Assembly: GCA_046761065.1 (NCBI GenBank)
Contig: JBHIFL010000098.1
Location: 1-12,876 of the forward strand
Length of the DNA stretch: 12,876 nt
Direction of reading: 5' to 3'
Source of the DNA: Candidatus Heimdallarchaeota archaeon
GTDB lineage: Archaea > Asgardarchaeota > Wukongarchaeia > Wukongarchaeales > JBHIFL01
Shown here: positions 7,409-12,876 of the stretch, piece by piece
Position numbering within the stretch: position 1 is the stretch's first letter
Layout: the number at the start of each line of letters is the position of its first letter
Notes under the pieces: generated by a model
Database searches by the model: none
Told to the model about the DNA's origin: nothing
What the model saw: the letters and a program-made list of their open reading frames with translations, nothing else
Made by a program: the position numbers and the translations under genes

Positions 7409-9505
7409 TTACCAAGAATCGATGATAACTTTATAGATTACAAAACCTAAATCACGACCATCTTCTGAAGTATAAACCCAACGGGCCATTTCAATCGTTT
7501 TGGGCGGTGCTGATTCGATATATTTATCCATATAGGGGTATCTTAGTGACCAAATACTCCAAAAAAGAATGAGGTACTCTATTTTCTTAGTTTGAATCTC
7601 TGTGAGGAAGAAAACTTCGTATTCAGGAAGTGGGTAAGTGATTCTAAGGCCCGCATAATATGGTAATCTCTTGAACTCGTTTGTCATAAGTACAGAAGAT
7701 TTACTAGTATTCGCTATCAACCATCTCCCACTCAGTTCCAATGAGGTCTGCGTGGCAGATAATGTCTCTAGACTAATCTTACGTATTCTAGCCGACTTCC
7801 CAAGACTATTCAGCGCGTGTCCATTGATGAGGAGGACAAGGATCAATCCTAGAAGGATTACTGTCCGAGTTTTGGGGACAACCTGGGAAGGTTGTAACTT
7901 GATCTTTTGTACAGCTTTTCTCAGAACCGCAAGTGTTATGATCAATAAGACTAGTTCGATTAGAACACGCGATACCTGGGAGATTCGGACATATTCTCGA
8001 ATCCAAACTTCATAAAATGCTTGAAATAAGATCGGAAAGTACAACATTCGCCTCCATAATTTCTCTCGCTTCATCACTTCGACGGTACCAAAGGCCGCAA
8101 TAATCGATGGCCCAACATGCGCTGGAAAAACTTGCCGCGGATCAACCGCTTGCTCGGGTAAGATCAAAGGCAGAAAGAAGTATGCTATCCAGGCGGTGAA
8201 TAGAATGATCACGCCCTGCGCCCTTTCTCTTCGTTTAAAATCAAACACAATTCCCAGAATGCAGAAGATAAAGACTGGAGAAATTATTAAGAGTGGTTCA
8301 ATCATGGCAGCGTAAACAATGGACCAATCCCAACGATCCAAAAAATACGAGAAATTTCTTAGGATAAATAATAAATATGCTGGATAGCGCTCAGAAGCCA
8401 AAAAAATCACGAAAAACGAAATAAATCCTGCCAGACAAATCATATAAAACAACGACATACGTTTTTTGCTTATTTTTTGTCGAAATACTAATAAGATCAC
8501 AAAAAAAGTAGGAACCGCAAAAATTACCGTCAATTTGACCAATATAGCCAACCCAAGGAAAATGCCGGAAATTGGGATGTATTGCCAGCTGAGCTCATGG
8601 TTGTTATGTTTACAAGCCTTGATCATGAAATAAATTCCTAACCACAAGAGGACGGCAACAACCATGTCAGGCACGACTCTTCGAACAATTTGCCAAAAAG
8701 TCGGATTAAATGCCATATAGAGACCAGCAATCAGGCCCACTTTTTTACCATAAAGGGTGTTAGCTAATGCAAAGGTTACTAAGATCAATATAAGGCTTGA
8801 AATCACCATAAATGCATGAGGTGCAGTTAATTTAAATCCGAAATAGAGGTATGAAATAGTATTCAGTCCGATAAACACATACCGAGGAGTCCACAGCCTC
8901 GGATCCATTACGGGAGGCATTGGGAGAAAACTATAGTTAGCTTGCAGTAGATTCTGAGAAGTATAGACATATGTATGTTCATCAGGTAAATACAAAGGGA
9001 TTTTTACAAGTAAGATTTGGCCCAGAAAGATTGTGCAGAGGAGGATGCTAAGAAGTAGATGAATGTTCCGCTTTGATAAACACTCAGGATGGAACTTCAA
9101 ATTTTGATTCCGAGAAACGACCTTTTTCGGGTAAATATAATCAACTAAAATAAGAATAAGGCATTCAATGAATAAAATGGCTAGAAATATGCGGGAGAAT
9201 AAAATATCTACTGGTTTTTGGTATAGAAAAAGGAGAGTATAAAAACTCACAGTACTAGTAAAGATGCTCAACCCGAATCCCATAAGGATTTTATCTACTA
9301 ACTCATCTTGCTTAAAAAGAATTTCTACAAATAAATAGCCGGGTATAATAAGCACAAAGAATGGGAGAATCATTACAGAAATTACTGAGCTCGGTTCCAG
9401 AAAAACAAGAGCATATAGGATTATAAGAAGAAAAAACCAAATAATTTTATATATTTTTCTTATTTGCGCCCAAAGATGAGCAATAAAATCCAAAGAAATC
9501 CTCAT
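7409..9505 (-). CDS. GT-C fold glycosyltransferase (ArnT/PMT-like) with N-terminal DUF1616-like region, 698 aa; paralogue of 5143-7281
   Basis: VLIIPGY...DKILMGFGLS, LPDEHTY DE motif (8978-8983), RVVPD, LAILVKL, VDPRQ, and 'GRWLIANT...LMTN...LPYYAG'. ATG is preceded by GTGAT (9511-9515, minus strand) at 5 nt spacing. Confidence 0.85.
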   Translation of the reverse strand: MRISLDFIAHLWAQIRKIYKIIWFFLLIILYALVFLEPSSVISVMILPFFVLIIPGYLFVEILFKQDELVDKILMGFGLSIFTSTVSFYTLLFLYQKPVDILFSRIFLAILFIECLILILVDYIYPKKVVSRNQNLKFHPECLSKRNIHLLLSILLCTIFLGQILLVKIPLYLPDEHTYVYTSQNLLQANYSFLPMPPVMDPRLWTPRYVFIGLNTISYLYFGFKLTAPHAFMVISSLILILVTFALANTLYGKKVGLIAGLYMAFNPTFWQIVRRVVPDMVVAVLLWLGIYFMIKACKHNNHELSWQYIPISGIFLGLAILVKLTVIFAVPTFFVILLVFRQKISKKRMSLFYMICLAGFISFFVIFLASERYPAYLLFILRNFSYFLDRWDWSIVYAAMIEPLLIISPVFIFCILGIVFDFKRRERAQGVIILFTAWIAYFFLPLILPEQAVDPRQVFPAHVGPSIIAAFGTVEVMKREKLWRRMLYFPILFQAFYEVWIREYVRISQVSRVLIELVLLIITLAVLRKAVQKIKLQPSQVVPKTRTVILLGLILVLLINGHALNSLGKSARIRKISLETLSATQTSLELSGRWLIANTSKSSVLMTNEFKRLPYYAGLRITYPLPEYEVFFLTEIQTKKIEYLILFWSIWSLRYPYMDKYIESAPPKTIEMARWVYTSEDGRDLGFVIYKVIIDSW

Positions 9506-9619
9506 AGACGATCACACAAAGAGCTGATCGCTTAATGCATCTTTAATCAAAAACTGATTCTTTAAGAATAACGAGATTTATAAACAAATACATAATCACT
9601 AACAGTTTTTACAGCTGCT

Positions 9620-10975
9620 CTATTTGTACATTCTTAAATTGTAGGGTTTTCCCAGCCCAACATAAACAAAATCTTTGCTGGAGGTGCCAGCTGGGAAAAA
9701 GTTACAACTATCCACGAAGACTACGGGCTTGTTTGTTTGAGTCAGTAGTTCTTCACGTGTTAACCCTTCGAATGCCTTATGATTTGTCACAAGAATAATT
9801 GCATGGCTGTCTTTTAATGCATCATCTATAGTTTGTTCCGAATCGGCTATGACTTCTTCAGTTATTTGCAGTTTTTTTACAAGAGGATCGAATACCTTTA
9901 TTTTCCCCGATCGAGCAAGTATTTCCTTGATGATGTGTTTCGCAGGTGAATTTCGAGTATCATCCACATTCTTTTTATAAGCAAGTCCGAGAATGCAGAT
10001 ATTAGAGTCTTTAATAGAGCGTGAAATCGCATTTAGTCCTATTTCAAGCAATTCAATTACATGAAAGGGCATCCCTTGATTGATTTCACCCGCCAACTCA
10101 ATAAACCGTGTTTTCAATCCCAAAGCCTTTGCTTTGTATGCCAAATAATATGGATCCACAGGAATACAGTGACCTCCCACCCCAGGACCTGGGTAGTGAG
10201 GTAAAAACGAAAATGGTTTGGTATTAGCTTTTTCAATCACTTCAAAAGTATTTATACCAAGTTTCTGAAACACCAAAGATAACTCGTTAACTAATGCGAT
10301 ATTAACTCCTCTAAACGTATTTTCAAGCATCTTTGTTGCTTCGGCCGTCTTAGGATTACTCACTGGAATAACTTCGACCTTAAGAATGGATTTATATAAC
10401 TCAATGCCGATCTCTGTACATTCTGGGGTAATCCCACCCATTATCTTTGGAATATTTGTGAGCGTATAAGTTTTGTTACCTGGATCAATTCGTTCAGGGC
10501 TATAGGCAAGGCCAAAATCATCGCCTGCAATATAGCCGCTAGATTCAAGAATTGGTTTAATGATCTCTTCCGTCGTTCCCGGATAAGTTGTACTTTCAAT
10601 GATCACAAACTTACCTGGAGTTAGCACCTTTTGAATGGTTTTAGTAGCAGTCAATAAGGGCTGAAGAACTGGGATCATTGCAGTATCAACTGGTGTTGGA
10701 ACCACAACAATAATGAAGTCACTACTACGTATTGCTTGTTCTCCATCTGTTGAGATTGTGAGCTTCCTATCACGAAGAGTGTTTACCATTTGGGTTTCTA
10801 GTTCTGTTGATATATTGCATTTACCGCGCTTTAACATTTCTATACGTTCTTGATCAATATCCACTCCAAATACTGTATAACCGGCTTGAGCAAAGTGAAT
10901 CGCCAAGGGCAATCCGACATATCCTAAACCAAGGATTGATATTGCGGCAGTTCTTTTGGCAATTTTCTCTTTCAA
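9620..10975 (-). CDS. Nucleotide-sugar dehydrogenase, WecC/WbpA type (UDP-N-acetylhexosamine 6-dehydrogenase)
   Basis: Rossmann GLGYVG, VVVPTP, ESTTYPGTT, YSPERIDPG, AEATKMLENTFRGVNIA, catalytic Cys motif GPGVGGHCIPVDP, and LGLAYKKNVDDTRNSP. GlcNAc versus ManNAc/GalNAc specificity cannot be resolved by eye. Confidence 0.95.
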   Translation of the reverse strand: MKEKIAKRTAAISILGLGYVGLPLAIHFAQAGYTVFGVDIDQERIEMLKRGKCNISTELETQMVNTLRDRKLTISTDGEQAIRSSDFIIVVVPTPVDTAMIPVLQPLLTATKTIQKVLTPGKFVIIESTTYPGTTEEIIKPILESSGYIAGDDFGLAYSPERIDPGNKTYTLTNIPKIMGGITPECTEIGIELYKSILKVEVIPVSNPKTAEATKMLENTFRGVNIALVNELSLVFQKLGINTFEVIEKANTKPFSFLPHYPGPGVGGHCIPVDPYYLAYKAKALGLKTRFIELAGEINQGMPFHVIELLEIGLNAISRSIKDSNICILGLAYKKNVDDTRNSPAKHIIKEILARSGKIKVFDPLVKKLQITEEVIADSEQTIDDALKDSHAIILVTNHKAFEGLTREELLTQTNKPVVFVDSCNFFPAGTSSKDFVYVGLGKPYNLRMYK

Positions 10976-11214
10976 TTCCGAAAGTATTACGTTCCCCTCA
11001 TATTGGTGATTTGCGTTCGTAATATAGATAGACTCTCCCCTTTACACGTTCTTTTAATAATTTCGAAATGTAATATAACAGATCATTTAGAGGAATTGAA
11101 CACTCTTAAGAGCGTCTAATAAAAAAGATAAGTACATAAAACCGATAAAATAGTAAGAAGTTCTCAGAGGAGGTACTTCTTCAGTTTCACGGTTGGTTCA
11201 CTTACAATAATGGT

Positions 11215-11310
11215 ATGTTTGAGTTCAAATCCTATCCCCTTATACTGACCCTTTTTATAGTCACAATATTGTTTGCCTTCTGGATCTCAATGAACTTGTC
11301 TGTTACATAA
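11215..11310 (+). CDS. Candidate 31-aa single-pass membrane peptide (MFEFKSYPLILTLFIVTILFAFWISMNLSVT)
   Basis: ATG 11215 to TAA 11308-11310 with an uninterrupted hydrophobic stretch, inside a 406-nt gap. No well-spaced SD and no recognised homology. Confidence 0.25.
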   Translation: MFEFKSYPLILTLFIVTILFAFWISMNLSVT

Positions 11311-11381
11311 AAAGCACTAAACATGCTCAAATTGACCCATAAAATTCCGTAAGCGCAGGTTAAACATTACACCAGCTTATA

Positions 11382-12302
11382 TCAAGCTTTGATGTAGTCA
11401 ATTGTACGAAGTAGTCCTTCATCTAATGGATACCACTTAAAAGAACCAACCCGTGCGACTGTTTTTGCCATATTAGGTCTTCGATGAAATACTTCATCGC
11501 ATAACTGTCGCCCTGCTTGCTCAAAAGACTGGAATTTAATTTCAGAAGAGGAATTAGTCAAGTTTTTAATCTTTTTTGCTAAATCTATTATATGGATTGG
11601 AGATGGATTACCTACATTGAATATTTCGAATCCACTGTTCTTCTCAAAAAGAAGATTACTTAAACAAATACTATCCTTAACATAGGTAAAAGTTCTCGTT
11701 TGAGTGCCATCACCATAGACATAAAGAGGATCGTCATTCAATGCCCTTGAAATAAATCGTGCTACAACGAAACGATTATCTTGCCTAGGACCATAAGCAT
11801 TAAAATAACGCAAAACAAGACAATTCAATCCAAACTCTTCAGAATATGCTTTAAAATAATGTTCATTCACCAATTTTGCAGCAGAATATGCAGATTTCGG
11901 ACAAGTATCATCATCTTCTGAACAGATTTCTTTTTCTCCATATACTTCAGAACTTGAAGCGAAAACGAACTTTTTGACACCAAGTTCAGTAAATACCTTT
12001 AGGATATTTATTGTACCTTCAATTTCAGCTGAAAGCGTATTAATTGGATTCCTTTGTGTGTTTTCTACCCCTAAAAATGCAGCGAAATGAAATACAACGT
12101 CAGGTGGATGATTACGAAAATGTTTTGGTTGAAGACTTCGAATATCCTGATCAAGGATAAGTAGGGAAGGGATATGTGTGATATATTGACGTTTTCCACT
12201 CGAAAAATTATCAATAATTATTATTTCATGGTTTTCTTTTACTAATTCTTCTACCAAATGGGAACCAAGGAAGCCAGCTCCACCTGTAATGAGAATACGC
12301 AC
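11382..12302 (-). CDS. NAD-dependent epimerase/dehydratase family (extended SDR); UDP-sugar 4-epimerase or UDP-uronic acid decarboxylase-like
   Basis: ITGGAGFLG, HFAAFLGV, ASSSEVYG, catalytic YSAAK, RYFNAYGPRQ and VYGDGTQTRTFTYVKD. GTG start with AGGAGG 7 nt upstream. Confidence 0.93.
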   Translation of the reverse strand: MRILITGGAGFLGSHLVEELVKENHEIIIIDNFSSGKRQYITHIPSLLILDQDIRSLQPKHFRNHPPDVVFHFAAFLGVENTQRNPINTLSAEIEGTINILKVFTELGVKKFVFASSSEVYGEKEICSEDDDTCPKSAYSAAKLVNEHYFKAYSEEFGLNCLVLRYFNAYGPRQDNRFVVARFISRALNDDPLYVYGDGTQTRTFTYVKDSICLSNLLFEKNSGFEIFNVGNPSPIHIIDLAKKIKNLTNSSSEIKFQSFEQAGRQLCDEVFHRRPNMAKTVARVGSFKWYPLDEGLLRTIDYIKA

Positions 12303-12309
12303 ATTTTAA

Positions 12310-12315
12310 CCTCCT
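12310..12315 (-). promoter_or_regulatory. Shine-Dalgarno AGGAGG for the epimerase gene
   Basis: CCTCCT on + at 12310-12315, 7 nt from the GTG start at 12302. Confidence 0.75.
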
Positions 12316-12706
12316 ATATGAAACCATGACGAATATTTATTATTTGGTAATTCACTGTATTTGTTGGACTTAGGATATCCTCGTTCTTACAATGTTAGTT
12401 TATTTCCATCGTAGAAGGCAACTAGATAAGTTAAAGTTCCACTGAAATTGTATCTCCCAATACATCTCTCATATAATGAACCGAATTTTTTCCAATTAAT
12501 TAGTTCTTTCCAAATTACAAGCCTTATCACAAATCACATTCCTTTTGACAAAAGATCACAGTCTTAAGTATAATTTGTTATATATGTTTCACATTTCAGT
12601 TAGGTATTGATACCGTTTTAGGGTGAATCTCGATTATCTTCGAAATGTAAAAGATATCGTTGTTCAATAAGTTAAAGAATTGTCTTCATCATTTTTGGAA
12701 TAGACC

Positions 12707-12722
12707 AGAAAGGCGTTTAAAA
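12707..12722 (+). promoter_or_regulatory. Putative archaeal BRE-TATA promoter for the GT2 gene
   Basis: Purine-rich AGAAAGG followed by TTTAAAA (12716-12722), about 30 nt before the in-frame ATG at 12752. Confidence 0.35.
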
Positions 12723-12784
12723 CATTTATGAGTTTTATCTATCAGACACAGATGAAATCAGTTTATATTTTGGATGGATATTCA

Positions 12785-12876
12785 TTGAAAAAAAAGATAG
12801 TTGCAGTAATTCCAGCATTCAACGAAGCCGAAACAATTGGACAAGTTATAACAATGACCAAGCCATATGTAGATAA
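12785..12876 (+). CDS. Glycosyltransferase family 2 (DPM1/DPG-synthase-like), 3'-truncated by the window edge
   Basis: Manual translation from TTG 12785 gives (M)KKKIVAVIPAFNEAETIGQVITMTKPYVD, the canonical GT2 N-terminal VIPA(F/Y)NE motif. In-frame ATGs at 12728 and 12752 are alternative starts. Not in the ORF track. Confidence 0.85.
   Translation, partial: MKKKIVAVIPAFNEAETIGQVITMTKPYVD

Noticed and set aside
2018-9505. Calling any of the GT-C proteins aglB/stt3, arnT or pmt
   Set aside because: No WWDYG motif and no MIR domain. The similarity is at fold/motif level only.
503-11022. Eleven short ORFs (61-114 aa) in the track overlapping the large genes
   Set aside because: All are nested in or largely antisense to well-supported CDSs and show no recognisable motifs; treated as shadow ORFs.
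1-12876. CRISPR arrays, tRNA/rRNA, IS elements, or a specific taxonomic assignment (e.g. Asgard)
   Set aside because: No periodic repeats, cloverleaf or transposase motifs were seen. Archaeal origin is inferred from DUF1616-like modules, GGTGA-type SD and sequons, and nothing narrows it further.

Overview
AT-rich, probably archaeal, cell-surface glycosylation locus. It holds four large polytopic membrane proteins of the GT-C (ArnT/PMT/AglB-like) type: a 5'-truncated ORF at 1-1968, then 2018-4786 (+), 5143/5266-7281 (+) and 7409-9505 (-). The last two are convergent paralogues. After them come a WecC/WbpA-type nucleotide-sugar 6-dehydrogenase (-), an extended-SDR epimerase/decarboxylase (-) and the start of a divergent GT2 glycosyltransferase missed by the ORF track (runs off the right edge). 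Together these suggest a lipid-phosphate-sugar relay (nucleotide-sugar oxidation, GT2 loading onto polyprenol-P, transfer by several GT-C enzymes). All four GT-C proteins have an AglB/STT3-like C-terminal soluble domain without WWDYG. Two carry extra beta-sandwich modules. One appears to start at a non-canonical CTG. No RNA genes, CRISPR arrays or mobile elements were recognised. Family assignments come from motifs read by eye, not from database searches.
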